From Squalus acanthias (Eukaryota), in contig JASTWF010000345.1 in the NCBI GenBank assembly GCA_030390025.1, positions 434,001 through 498,000 on the forward strand: 64,000 bases of DNA. The letters run 5' to 3'. The position numbers and the translations under genes were made by a program. Position 1 is the stretch's first letter. Each line of letters starts with the position of its first letter. Under the pieces are notes generated by a model, which worked only from the letters and a program-made list of their open reading frames with translations, made no database searches and was not told the origin of the DNA. Of the stretch, positions 49,031-61,987 are shown one piece after another.

Positions 49031-52000
49031 CTTTTGTCTATTTATACTATAGCTGGATTCACCGATAGGAGGGGGAGGGGGAAAATTCAGCTACAGAGAT
49101 TTGGCCTGGCTACATTCTGCTACTGTCCAATCTTCCCTAAACTTGTAAGAATACATTTTTAATTAAGTACCTCTTCGCACCATATTGGAATTGAGAGAGA
49201 AAGTGAGAACTCGCTTTAGACAGTCCATGGATATTTTTCTCCCCCATTAAACAAAATCTTAGTTTCAGCAGCACTACACGTGACGAGAAGGCGAGCACGA
49301 CTGGAGTCAAGTGCTGTTGTTAACACTGCTTACAGGGAGTGGGGAGGCAAGCAGTAAGCAGTAAACTGAAGGGTCAAGTATGAACTGCAACAGCCATTTT
49401 TCTCATTGCTGTGAATTTAATTGACAAATGACACTGCACACGCATCAGTGATATAAAACACAGCAAAAAAGTTCACTGCATTTTTTAAATCAGTGCGACA
49501 GAAACAAAAACACAAATTTACTGGTCACCTAAACTAATGTCGTTCCAAGGCATTTTTCAAAACAGGATCCTGATAAAAATATCAAAAAGTTAACCTTTTA
49601 AGTACAGTATTGAAAATAATGAGAAATCCAGACAGAACATACAATTTCTGAATTTAAGGTATTTTGTTTATTGTGAATGGAGTAAACAATGCTTGCAGCT
49701 GTAAGCAGGAGCTAAATCACCCAGTTTGTTTTCAGAGATTCAATGCCCATCATGGCATGAGAAAGCTGTCAATTTCTGCAGAACTGTTCGAAATGAGAAG
49801 TCATTTTTTGGTAATTATGCCAAAATGATAATTAGACCCTAGAACTTTAAAAACAAATGGTTTCCTAGTGATGACCCAAACAATATTGGAATTCACATTA
49901 AGTACAATATTGTGTTCAAAATAAACGGTTCAAAAATTTTTTGCAAGAGGTCATTGTGAAAAATAGCTTGGAAAGGCAATAATTGAGGTGTCCAATAAAT
50001 TTGCTTTCTCTTATTTCTGTTCTAGGACTCATCAATTTAGAGGATACAATAACCTTTATAAAAGCTTGATGTGCTTCATCACACTGATGTGCATAATGTG
50101 TCATTTGATATATAAACACAGCAAAGGAAATACAATTCAATACACTATCTCATCTAAATCAAAACAACCTTGCAAGATTCATTTGAAACTATCTTACTGC
50201 AATAAATCAAATGAAATGCAGGGGAGGCAGACACTGCCTTTTCTCTTCATAAAATCAAAAATGATGCTGCTTAAAAGATACTGCAAACATTGATTTGAAA
50301 AAATTAACCAGGAAGTAATTCGGTCAATGGCATTCAACATTTTAAACACGCTTTGGAAAAAAATATGGGTGTGCAAAATAAAGGCAAAGAAGCCGAGCAA
50401 TGAGAGAGGGGATAAGGCCTGAGAACCCTGGAGCAATATCCAAATGCTCTGAAAAAGAGACGACAAGAGGATAAGGTAGCAACAATCTTAAGCATATCCT
50501 AAGACTAGGGCAACCTCAAGGCGAAGACTGAGGCTCCAGACAGGCCCCTTCATCAGATTTTTTTTTTCTCACTCTTCATCCTTTAACAAAGCTTTAGCTA
50601 ACAATATGGAAATCTCTTTCCCTCTTTGGATTAAACCCCTTTAGAGATGAAGTATGCAAATGCTTTGCTCTGTTCCCTCAACTGAGGCTGCTCTGAGAAT
50701 AGCTATCTTTTCACTGTCTTGTTTTACATCTCAAGCGGCCCATCCCACTGGCTGACAAGGAGACCAGCCTTCCAATTCAATATCCTTCATAGCATTGACA
50801 GTTGAAACCCTAGGCCTGGCACTGACTCTAAAAGAACTCATTTAGTCATAATTAACTATTCCCTGCATATTCCCCTAGGTATGGTAATTGTTCAAAAAAG
50901 CCAACAACTGAAGCATTCATTCTGCGTTTCTTTTAAACTTTTCACAGCAGCCTTATTTTTTTTTCTTCGTGCTTCCTCCCTAGTAACATTTCAGGCACTG
51001 TGGTGGAATGTGGGTGGAGACAAGGCGGCACCAAAACCCTAGATGTAAATACTTCACATGGCAGATGGGCCAAAAAAAAATCTACGCCATAAGAAATGCA
51101 AAGTTGTATCAATCAGGCATGAATTTATAGCACAGCGTGAAGTCAGCTAAAAAGTCATCACATTTTATCTGATCTTAATATGAACATATGTTACTCAATA
51201 TACTGGTCCTCCCCTTCATCTAGATAGCCTACGGCAACAGATTTTCTGTTTTAAATTTCCTAATACAACTTTTTGTGCACATTTATAAGCCATGTTGTCA
51301 CTCTGCAATTAAATAGGGACACTGTCTTGCAAACTGCAGCATGAAAAGGAAAGAGAGGCCACAGTAGGGTCGTTCTTTTCATGTCCGCAGTGTGAGACAC
51401 AACACAAATACAGAGCCACAAAATGTTGGTACTTCTCAGCACTTAGAGCCATTATAAATCATGGGTCTGGAGAAAGAAGGCACGGGGACTATGCAAGTGG
51501 AACAGTCCAACTATCAGTAATTTAATTCAACAAAAAATGCAATATTCAGCAGTCTGCCAGTACTAAAAGGATATTTAATATTTAAAGAGTAGATAGCAAG
51601 GAAATAAATATAACTTGTTAATCAAAAATCATTCTTTGTTAAATGTAAAATGAAATTACCTATTATAATTTTGCAAGATTCATTTTCTTATTGCTACACC
51701 TGCCATTTATTGCTGCACCTGCTGTATTTTATTATATGCAAAAACTGCACCCATTTTAGATCATTGGTACGGTGTTACTTTTTTTGTATGCTGTCTTTTT
51801 AAACTGAGAATTTTGCTAAACGACACGTTTCATTACTTCAGAACATATAATCAAAGCACATTTTTTCATAATACATATTCCTAGCCATATCCTACTGAGA
51901 TAAGCTCATGTAACTCATCCATCAGTAAATATGCTGATCAAAATGAAAACCAGATTTGTTCATAAGCCATTTGCAAACATTTTAATTATTTTTCTCTAAA

Positions 52001-52462
52001 CTGGCTTCCTGCCAACGCTCACTTCATCACCCAGCTATGTCCTGCTGGAATCTGGTATCATACTTCAAACATGTAGGTTTGCCCATTTCACATCATTACT
52101 TATGCAAATGATTCCAATTCCTTGTCCAGTTTTCACAGCAAAAGTAGGCTACAGGAAGAGAGCATTTTTAACATGACTCCTTAGTTTTTTTAAGGTAAAA
52201 TAAAGGAAATCCACCAGACTGTGGTTACATCATCAAAACAGGCCATGATTATTTATTTTATCAACAGATCATAAACGTTTCCATTCACAGCTGAAGGGGG
52301 AAAGTGAACATCTGTAATATGGTTTCACGTCAGTATATTTTCTTTTTAAAGTAGAAATCTTGTGACTAAAATTATGAGTTCAGTGATAAACAATAGTATC
52401 GGTTACAAGTTTACGGTGCGAGGTTTGGATATGGAGGGAATAGAAGGGTTGAAAGACACTTA

Positions 52463-53270
52463 GGGCTGGATTTTACCAGCCCTGAGGAGGCGGGACTGCT
52501 GGGAAAATGGGAAAAATTGGGAGCTGGTCCTAACCCCGCTCCCAACCCACCTCCGAACCATCTTCCCGGGAGGCGGGTCCGAGTCGCGCAGGGACCCGTC
52601 TCCTCGAGGCGGGAAGGGGATTAGAGCCAATTAACTGCCTGTTAACAGGTAGTTAACGGGCAGTTTTGAGGCTTTTCCCCATTTTACGCCTGCAATTGCG
52701 GGCTTCCTGATGGCTGCGAACCTCACCAGGGTGAGCGAGGCGAGCAGAAGGTCTGCGGGGGCGAGAGGGGTCGAAATGTCAGCTGTAGAGGTGAGTGATG
52801 GGCGCAAGTGTGGACAGGTAAGTATGAGAGGTGAGTGTAAAGTGTTGGAAAAAGTATCCTTACCTTTGTTTCTTTCTGCAGGCTTCAACTCTTGGGGATC
52901 CGGAGGTGCCTCATCTCAATGGCAGAGATGACAGAATGGCTGCTGCATTCTCAGATGCAGCGGCCATCTGCTTTCTGCTGAGGAGAGAGGATTGGTGAGT
53001 CTTCTGTGCAAGGGCTCACCTTAGAACAGTGATTGTCAGTGTTTGACAGCTTCTCAAAGCTGGCAAATCATCTGTCAAAAAATTTGAGACAGATGAAGCA
53101 TCATACGCTGATGTCATCTGTCACCGGCTTTCCCTTAATTTGCTGGTAAGCCCGCAGGGCGGGCTTAATAAGGCCAATTAAGGGAAAATAGCGTGGGTTC
53201 GTCAGACATCGCTGGGGGCGGGAATGAAACCCGGAAACCAGAAGTCCCACCTCCAGCATGTCGCCAGAGT
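52463..53270. mobile_element. Harbinger-type MITE, reverse-oriented relative of 36932-37677
   Basis: TTA|GGGCTGGATTTTACCAGCCC left end; shares CTGCCTGTTAACAGG, GGCCAATTAAGGGAAA and TGTCAGTGTTTGACAGCTT blocks; right end degenerate. Confidence 0.8.
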
Positions 53271-53741
53271 CAATTCTAATTCAGTTACATCAGTTAAGGT
53301 AGCCTATTAGCAGTTATTCATGAAACAGTGAAACACAACCCCTTATAACTTAGTTGGAATCCATTTTTTTTTTTAAATAAAAAAAGATAAACTGAATTTT
53401 CCAAGGTCAATTCCAAATTGTGTATTATCCATATAACTAGCTTCATTGTGGACAGCAAATCCTTTCATTTTCCCCCTTCTCCACGTGCAGTAGTACTTGG
53501 CCACACACTTTTTGGCATCAAGGCGGTAATGGGAAGACAGGTTTCTGTGCTATCACCAAGCTCTCCACACACACCCCCCGCCACCCCCAATCTTCCTTCT
53601 TCCCCAGTTTCCTCAGATCAGTGCAGTCGAGACATGGAAGTCAGCAGAGCTTGGGTAGAATCTGCTTCCCCCCCCGCTCCACTCTGCGATACCACACATT
53701 CGCACTCTGTGCCATTGTTTTGTCTCACTGAGAGCCACACA

Positions 53742-53965
53742 AAGAATTACTTGCATTTATATAGCACCTTATCACGTGACTGAGAAGTATCACAAAGTGC
53801 TTCATATGAAATACTTTTGAAGAGCACTCGCTCATGTAAGCAAATATGACAACTTTTGTATACAGCACACCAGTGTACACAAAGAATCCAACAAATCACA
53901 AATCAAACAAATGACCAGTAAATACATTTTGATAGTTGAGGGATGAATTTTGGCTGGGAGAACTC
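53742..53965 (-). mobile_element. DeuSINE 3' fragment, old
   Basis: ACTTGCATTTATATAGCACCTT tail. Confidence 0.6.
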
Positions 53966-55139
53966 TCTATAATATGTTCACTACGTGGCAACATACTGCA
54001 GATGTAACTGGTACAACTGGTTGAGCTGAATACAAGAATATACAATATGCTAGTCTCAATGTGAAATTGGACTTGTAAAGGTAAGCAACACTGAAGAAAA
54101 ACAAAAATTGTTTATGATCTGATTTTTAAAAATAGCCGTAAGTATAATGGAGAACATATTGAATCCTAAAGATGCAATTGTATACAGCACGCCAGTGTAT
54201 TTGTCATTTATTTTATGGTTGAAAATGTCATTAATTCAAATGAAAATGAATTACTGCTGAAAAGAAGCATTGACCAGACCAGCTGAAACTTTTAGATCAT
54301 TTCCCTTCAGTATAGTTCCCCCGCTTCTTTGAATCTGCAGTAGTTCAACATTCTAATACAAATGAATAGGCCCTAGTCTAAATGTGGAAAACCCCAGGAT
54401 GCTGTCCCTGTAACAGTCCGGTGCCTCACAGTAACCATACAAGCATATGGTTTACTCCCTAGCCCCTGCTGCATATACATGGCCTCATTCTGGCATCGGA
54501 GCTCAGTTCTTTTGAAGGCAGCAGCAGCAGAGAGACTGTTGAAACAAGAAAGTCTGAACACATACAAAAATTAATAATCTCCATGCAGCCCAGGTCAAAC
54601 AGTAAACAAAGGGCAGGTGGAAAATTTGTATGTGGAGGTTGAATTACAGTCAAAGAATGAGGGCGACCACTCTGAACACAAGCAATTAAACATTCTTCCT
54701 CATTCATTAAAGCTCAATGTGGAAATGAATCATGCCAAAATAGAACCAATCACACGCTACACAATGAAGTGGAACACAGAAGCTGCAAACTGCTTGTTAC
54801 CTTGTACTTTCAAGCCAATGTTTTGTAACAGGACGTAAGTTACTCCAAGTAGTTGTCTTGCATGTTGCTGAAACAGTCTGCATATTGGCCGAGCAAGTGC
54901 CCATACCCTGAGATGATTAAATCCTTAGTTGGTTATTTTTAACCAGTTAAAACGCTATTCAAGATACACATTCTTCCACCCATTTTGCTGCATAATACCG
55001 GTTAATGAGCTCATGTTTTGTTACCAAAAAAACCAAAAACAGAGAATGTTGAAAACAGATCAGTCAGCATCAGTAGAGAGAATAAATCGTTGTTTAGATT
55101 CACAGATCTCCTTACAGAAGTCCAAGGTTCCACAAATAT

Positions 55140-55520
55140 CAGTAGGAAAGTGTCCAATATGGAGGGAAGCATGCTCGTGCACATTCCGTACCAGAAGTGC
55201 GCCACCAGCCATATTGTTAAAGGTAGAATAAGAGGCGTCCAGGGCCCACGCCTGAAACAGGCGTTAGGACCTTTGCATATGCAAATAAGGGGCCATAAAG
55301 CCTGCTTTAGGCCCCCTTTGGAAAATTTGTCTGCCCTGAACACAGGAAAACGTAGTCTACATGCGCCCTAACCAGCAGTCCTTAAAGGGCCGAGCTGGAA
55401 ATCACCAACAAGAAGGCAAGTTTGTTGAAAATTAGTTACCTACATGCAGGAATTTTCCTCCCGGCCACTGCAGTGCCAAAGATAATTGTCGTTTCCCGCT
55501 CGACCCCTCCCTCCCGAACG
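55140..55520. mobile_element. Harbinger-type MITE fragment
   Basis: ACGCCTGAAACAGGCGT hairpin and TTTGCATATGCAAA palindrome; CpG-rich. Confidence 0.45.
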
Positions 55521-56809
55521 CATCCCATTTTTTTTTAAACCATGGCTTCAAACCTCTGTTACCTTTACCCTACAAGAAAGAAAAATGCCAAGGTTTCCTT
55601 TACAAAAATAGACACTGAAGTAGCTAATTGAAAGAAAGCCTACATTGTTGTCATTTGTTGTTACAGTTTAATAGCGTTTCCTTTCCACTTAATTTAACTG
55701 AGTCATATAGAAAAAAGTCAAAAATAATGATGCCATACATCAGTTCTTGACAACATCTATTCCATCTGTTTCACTCCTACAGCATCAATAGCTCTGACTG
55801 TACATGAGAAATCTTTCTATAACAGACATGCCGTAAATAATGCAGCGCTGTCTGTTCATGTCTCTGGCTACAAGAATTCATATTCTTTTGAGCAAAACCT
55901 CATTTTAGAGATTATGTTAATTAGTTTAAGTTACAGCCAAAAAATCCCCCCCCCCCTTCCACATTTGAGAAGGGCAGTGTTTGGCCCCTCTAGTACTAAA
56001 CAAATTATACATGAAATCAATTGCACCTCAAAATAATTTTACCCTTTGGGTATTATCTTCCTCTCCTTCTCTCTTTAGTTAAACTTGCATCCTGTAACTT
56101 GCTAATGAGCCAAGGGATTCCCATTCCAGGGAGCACCACCTGCCTCAAAGTCATGACACTTCCCATTTTGAATGCTGCTGGCATTTTTCAGCAGCTACTG
56201 CTAACTAGCCTTCTTGACCTACAGACAAGAGGAACTCATCTGATCGAATCCTCCATCCTGTCAATCATCCTTACATATATCTTTATAGTTGTTCCCCAAG
56301 ATTGGGGCTGGGGAAAGGAGAAAGAGGGAGAGAAAAAATGGATTACACAGCACATTTCATTCTGAATTAAATCCAGAGTTAATTCAGCTTTGGTATAGCA
56401 AATTAAACTACAGTCCATGATAAAATGTACCTCTTGGATGCACCAATTCTGCGGTTGCATTTAGGAACTGGTGTGATGCCATTTGTTTGAAAAAGGCTAC
56501 ATAAATAAGGTTGTTAAAAACATAAGATATTACTTTTCAACTTTTTTTTATTATTACTTTCTACATTTTTATATTTTTCTTCTTATATGGGTGGATTTTT
56601 AAAAATCCACTCTAGCTTTATCATTGGCCATTTTAGTGCAAGTTTTCTTTGCAACATTCTCATCTAATAAAAGTAAAACCACTATACAAGTAAAAAGAAA
56701 ACCATGCTAGATTGGATGCCAGGGAATTGTAGAGAGAAAAAGATCAAACAGGTGGGCAAGAACAGAATTTCAGTCTAAAAAGAAGACATGCGGGTGGGGG
56801 AGATGGGGT

Positions 56810-56829
56810 GGGGGGGGGGGGGGGGGGGG
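56810..56829. repeat. G20 homopolymer in a G-rich tract
   Basis: Direct reading. Confidence 0.95.
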
Positions 56830-57594
56830 AATAAGCCAGATGCTAACAGAGAAGTAAACTGGAAAGCAGCCAAAGTGTTTTAAATAAATCATTGCAGAGC
56901 AAACATTAAGAGATTTATAAAAGGAAAATAAGCTATGAAGGAAATGAATCCGAGAAATATTAGTAAATGTAAATCCTCAATCTAAATTACTAACAGCAAA
57001 TTCTTAAAATGTAAAAAAATGATTCTTTATTAAAATTCTAATGTTCTATCAGCTTAATTATCTGATGATGTGCAAATTCTGGTACGGCATATGAGGTCTC
57101 TTGTAGTTATTCCAACCGTCTGTTCGATGTATACAATTTATTCATATGAACTATATTGGAAGTACCATCATAATGCCAGAACCTGACATTTTGTTTTATT
57201 CAAAAGGGATGCTTATGCCTATCAAAAATATTGATGGTACTTTTTTTTAAAAAAAAAGTTAAAGGCATTAAGATTCTGAATATATAATTTCAATTATGTA
57301 GCGTCCACCCTGTGCTCCATCAGATGACATGGTTGTGACTTGACAATATTCACCTGGGGAAAGCCGATTCAAGTAACAGGCAGCAATGGGTTTGAACCTG
57401 TAACCCTTCTGGTCAGCAGGTGAGTCACTCCAGCAACAGTTATTTTTAAACTGAAAGCTTCCGTCAAAACAGTTGAGATAACATCACCTATCGGAACATT
57501 TCCATACCTGCGACACTGGAGGCACAGAATAACATGGAGGCAGACATGAGGAGTAAAACGTTACAATTTGTCTTACAACAGATTGAAGGCACCA

Positions 57595-57940
57595 CTGGGG
57601 CATACAAACCAGAAAGGTCCCAGGTTTGTTAAGTTAGATAGTATCAACTGAGGCACCAGTAAAGGGCACTAAAATTGGCCTCAGTGCCCTGGGCTAGGAA
57701 GACAGGGTTCCTGTCCTGATCGCTATCCAGTGATTGCTGCTGGTATGGCCCATGTGTGTGGATACCAGGTAAGTACAAGATCGGGCTCTGCTCCCAGCGG
57801 GTAGAATAATCTACCGGCACTGCCTGGTACAGGCTCCACATCGTCACTTGGGCAAACTCCTGGAAGGCAGCTATTGCCCATGAAATGAGGGTCCAGAATG
57901 AGCTAGGATCTTCAGAAGAGGGAAGAAAATTGGAGAAAAC
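57595..57940 (+). mobile_element. Old SINE-like repeat, best-preserved copy of the 22000-22420 family
   Basis: AGGTCCCAGGTTTG...AATTGGCCTCAGTGCCCTGGGCTAGG...CCTGATCGCTATCCAGTGA...GATCGGGCTC. Confidence 0.65.
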
Positions 57941-59945
57941 AGTGCACACACTCCAATTTCCCTGTGAAGTAACAATTTGCTTTTTCTGATAGCAGTTTGA
58001 TTTTGCAGTAAATCTAATTTGCAATATGTAAAATTTCCAGAGGCATTTCTGTCCCAGATCTAACTAGTCTGGATTGAGTTACTTCTCTCCTTTTGTAAAT
58101 TGAAACACAGAATGACTCATCAGCTTACAAATAATATCATTGTTTGTCCCTTGGTCTCCAATTCGGCATGGTCCCTTTTTCTGATTTATTGCTATACCTG
58201 GTCCTTTGTGGCCTCTTTGAGCGCCTCCATATCTTACTGATTTGTCTCTGGTCTTTACAGAAGGAGTATTTTATTTCTCTTTAGGGATAAGTTCTTTTGG
58301 TTAAATTGTAAATTAACGTTTTTAGCAAGTAAAATGTTAACTTTGGCGAGTTAGAAATAGTTCTGGTTGTCAAGTAGTTGTAACGTCAGAACATTTTTCC
58401 CTGCGCTGTCTGGGCTACACCTTTGATATCTTTGCTGTGGACCTGTGTGGGCTAGTACTTCAGATCTGAGTTGCATTGCTGTGCAATAGCTTGCTTATGC
58501 TGAGACACAGTGCCATAATCCGGACTCAGCAATCGGATCTCTGCAGGTGGTTTGAGTGGAACTGCCACATTTTACACTGCCGGGAGGTTCCACAGATATA
58601 TTTGTTTTGATTTTCAAGAATAAAGTACCTTGCACATCCACATGCAGACATGCTGTGTATGTGTGCACATCAGTCAATGTGCGTACATCAGACAATGTGC
58701 GTGTACTCAACATACCTGTGCATCCACAGGTAATTTGCTGCCACTTTTTTTTTTACTGCTGGCAAGCAGAGATTGATGACAATGTGGAGGTGGGGAGGGT
58801 GAATGCAATGGATTATTGGGAATTCACCAAAGAGAAAAGCAGGATGGTTGGTATGAGGGAACAAAACAGCCAGGTCACCTAGTTTAGACTGGCTTAAAGT
58901 AGTTTACCACAAGCTCCACATCTGAATTGGCAGGAGCACAAGGCTTGGAGGCATCTCAGTTTACAACAATGTAGCGGTGGAATTTATAATTCTGACAGTT
59001 TATAATATTTGACATCAAACGTTTGGGCATCCATCCTCTATTTCTCACTTTAAACCAGGTACTGATCAATAAGTCAAGAGGTCGAAGTGGAGTGACCACT
59101 TTCCTTTGAGAAACAGCACTACGAAATGAGAGTTAGCAAGCTGCCTGTGCAGCTGTCAAGTGAGAGTTCCTCGAGGCCTCCGAGGCAAGTAAAACGAAGA
59201 AACTGGCAGGGGGAAAACATATTTGAGAAGAATTACTATGTGTAATTACTGGCATGTTTCCATGCCAAAGTAAGTGTGTATATAACACTTAATTACTGTC
59301 AATAAGAGATATGGACATATGGGTACCTCAAAATAAGATTTGGCATTCAACCCCAGCTACATTTTCCCTAGCTAGTTCTCAAATTTTAATGTTACCTTCA
59401 TCTGGGAAAGATGCTCTAAGTCTGAACAGAAGACAGTAGCTCATCAGACAGCCTGTCTCCATGGGTACGGGTCCTGTTTCAGCACAACAGCATGTGCTTT
59501 GTTCATGGCCTTAGATCAGTTTCTCCCCTTCAGTGATTTCACTTTTAAGAATAGGGTAGCAGGGATCATATGACAGATGCTCCCAAAATGAAGTGACCGG
59601 CCTTCAGAGAAGAGGACTGATGGGTTTTCTCAGTAGAAGTAGCTCATTGCGGTCATTATCATCATGATATAGTTCTTAGTGCATTCATGTGTCGTCGCGG
59701 ACTGTCAGCCACTTCAGCTGAAGCAGCCTTTTATGCTGAGGCACTTCTCACACAACAGCACACAAAAGGCTGATGCTTGGTGCCTACAGGGACTTTGCAG
59801 TGAACCTTACTTGGCTGATGTCTTCGTATAAATAATACAATAAAACACTCTGGGTCCTGGTAGAATTACACATCTGCTTTTCCCACTCCCATTGCATAGC
59901 CCAGTATGCACATATAGATCGGAATAAACTAAAAAATGGATACTA

Positions 59946-60240
59946 AGAACGAACTTGCATTTATATGGAACCTCTTCGCGTCTTTTGATTTCCCAAACCA
60001 TACCACATCCAATAAATTACTTCTGAAACAAGGTGATTGCAAATTGGCTGCCTACATCACAAACAGCAAGATCCCACAAACAGCAAGTAAGGTAACTGGC
60101 CAGCTAATCTGTTTTTGCTGGCGTTGGTTAAGGGAGGAATGTTGGCCAGGACACTTGGGGAAAAACCCCAGCTCGTTTAAATAGTGCCATTGGATCTTTC
60201 ACATTGATCTGCACAGGAAGACAGCCTGGGTTTAACGTCA
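59946..60240 (-). mobile_element. DeuSINE 3'/core fragment
   Basis: GAACTTGCATTTATAT tail; GATCCCACAAACAGCAA; AATAGTGCCAT. Confidence 0.75.
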
Positions 60241-60439
60241 ATAATGAAATGTCAGCTTGGATAACATGACTGACAAAGCACTAGTCTGTCCACTACAGAG
60301 AAAAAACAACAACTTTTGCTTCCATTTGTAACCCTTTCTCAAGCTCGTCAAATGTATGTCATGCACAATTAAGTATATATCATATAAATATTATACTTTT
60401 CATTGCTGGCCAAAACAAATGTTATTTACATTTTATTAT

Positions 60440-60660
60440 AGAAAATGCTGCTGGATACACTCAGCAGGTCAGGCAGCATCAGTGGAGAGAGAAACAGCGT
60501 TAATGTTTCAGGTCGATGACCTTTCATCATCATCATGAAACATCACTGACCTGAAACCTTAACTCTGTTTCTCTCTCCACTGATGCTGCCTGACCTGCTG
60601 GGTGTTTGCAGCATTTTCTGTTTTTATTTCAGATTTCCAGCACCTGCAATATTTTGCTTG
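60440..60660. mobile_element. Inverted pair of Penelope-type terminal repeats
   Basis: Arms 60440-60514 and 60548-60619 are highly similar reverse complements. Confidence 0.78.
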
Positions 60661-61441
60661 TTACATTTTATCGCTTTGTGTGCAGTTTAGAGTGGGAGAA
60701 CTATATTAAGACTTCAGGATTCTGTTTCTTTATATTAGCTGGGTTAAATTCCTCATGTTGTTTCTTTTTTGTAAAATTTATTGTCAGCTTTGAAGTGGAG
60801 AGAAGAGCAGCTCTGATCTGAGCTTTTTTTCAGTTGAGGTATTTTACCAAAGTAGGAAGAAAATAGCTTGCTGGGCCACTTGCATTCATTTACCTCTCCT
60901 GAAGCAGATGGGAATCTCACCTCTCTCCTTCAACACAGCACTAGGTCCCTATTGTCCATACAAAGGTCAGGGAAATAGTATACTAGCCACTAGTAGATTT
61001 TGCACTCAACACTAGCTTCAAACTAGTGTTTGTTCCTGTACACTAGGGAGAAAATTTGGGCTGTTGAATATAATCATTTCATCTTTGTTCTGTTTTCTAT
61101 TACCTTTTAAATATGCAGTCCTGGACTTAGCAGACAGTAAATGCTGCTGCTCAATTCTTCAATGGTTTTACCAACCAGCTGCCCAAATAAAATTATTTTC
61201 CTGATGACCATATTAATGAAACAGATGAAACTAGCAACCCATGTTCTATATTTTTTGTGACAGTGATAAGGGTATAAAGTAGCAGCAGTGATTGCTGTAT
61301 CATTTTAATTTTCAATATCTTTTGTTTGAGCCAAGTTTTGGATCCTATCTTTAGGAAGAAGGGCTCTAGTTTCCCAAAGGTCATTCTCTTCAATCATGCT
61401 TTTGCTCACTCCTAATCACTGTCTTCCTTTGCTCCTTTCTG

Positions 61442-61880
61442 CCTCGCCTCTGAGTCAGAAGGTTGTGGGTTCAAATCCCACTCCAGGGACTTGAGCACAT
61501 AAATCTAGGCTGACACTCCAGTGCAGTACTGAGGGAGTGCTGCACTGTTGGAGGTGCCGTCTTTCGGACGAGACGATAAACCGAGGCCGTCTGCCCTCTC
61601 AGGTGGACGTAGAAGATCCCATGGCACTACTTCGAAGAAGAGCAGGGGAGTTATCCCCGGTGTCCTGGCCAATATTTATCCCTCAATCAACATAACAAAA
61701 ACAGATTATCTGGTCATCGTCACATTGCTGTTTGTGGGAGCTTGCTGTGCGCAAATTGGCTGCTGCGTTTCCTAATGACAACAGTGACTATACTCCAAAA
61801 GTACTTCATTGGCTGTAAAGCGCTTTGAGACGTCTGGTGGTCGTGAAAGGCACTATATAGATCTAAGTCTTTCTCTTTCT
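61442..61880 (+). mobile_element. DeuSINE-family SINE, young, lacking the extreme 5' A box
   Basis: Nearly the reverse complement of 205-650. Confidence 0.88.
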
Positions 61881-61987
61881 TTGTGTTTCCCCTCATCCAC
61901 TGCCTTGTAATGCGCTCAGAGATGCGGCTCTCAAATTGAGCAGCATTACTGAAATATAAGTTGATACTATTTTCTAGTACAACTTTT

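Noticed and set aside
54373..54567. Minus-strand coding exon (SLSAAAAFKRTELRCQNEAMY...)
   Set aside because: Plausible acceptor but no convincing donor and no recognisable protein similarity.
57060..57190. C/D box snoRNA (TGATGA...CTGA)
   Set aside because: No terminal stem or recognisable guide; such motifs are expected by chance.
58666..58701. Repeat array or CRISPR-like structure
   Set aside because: Only a two-copy 18-bp tandem duplication with no spacers, in eukaryotic DNA.
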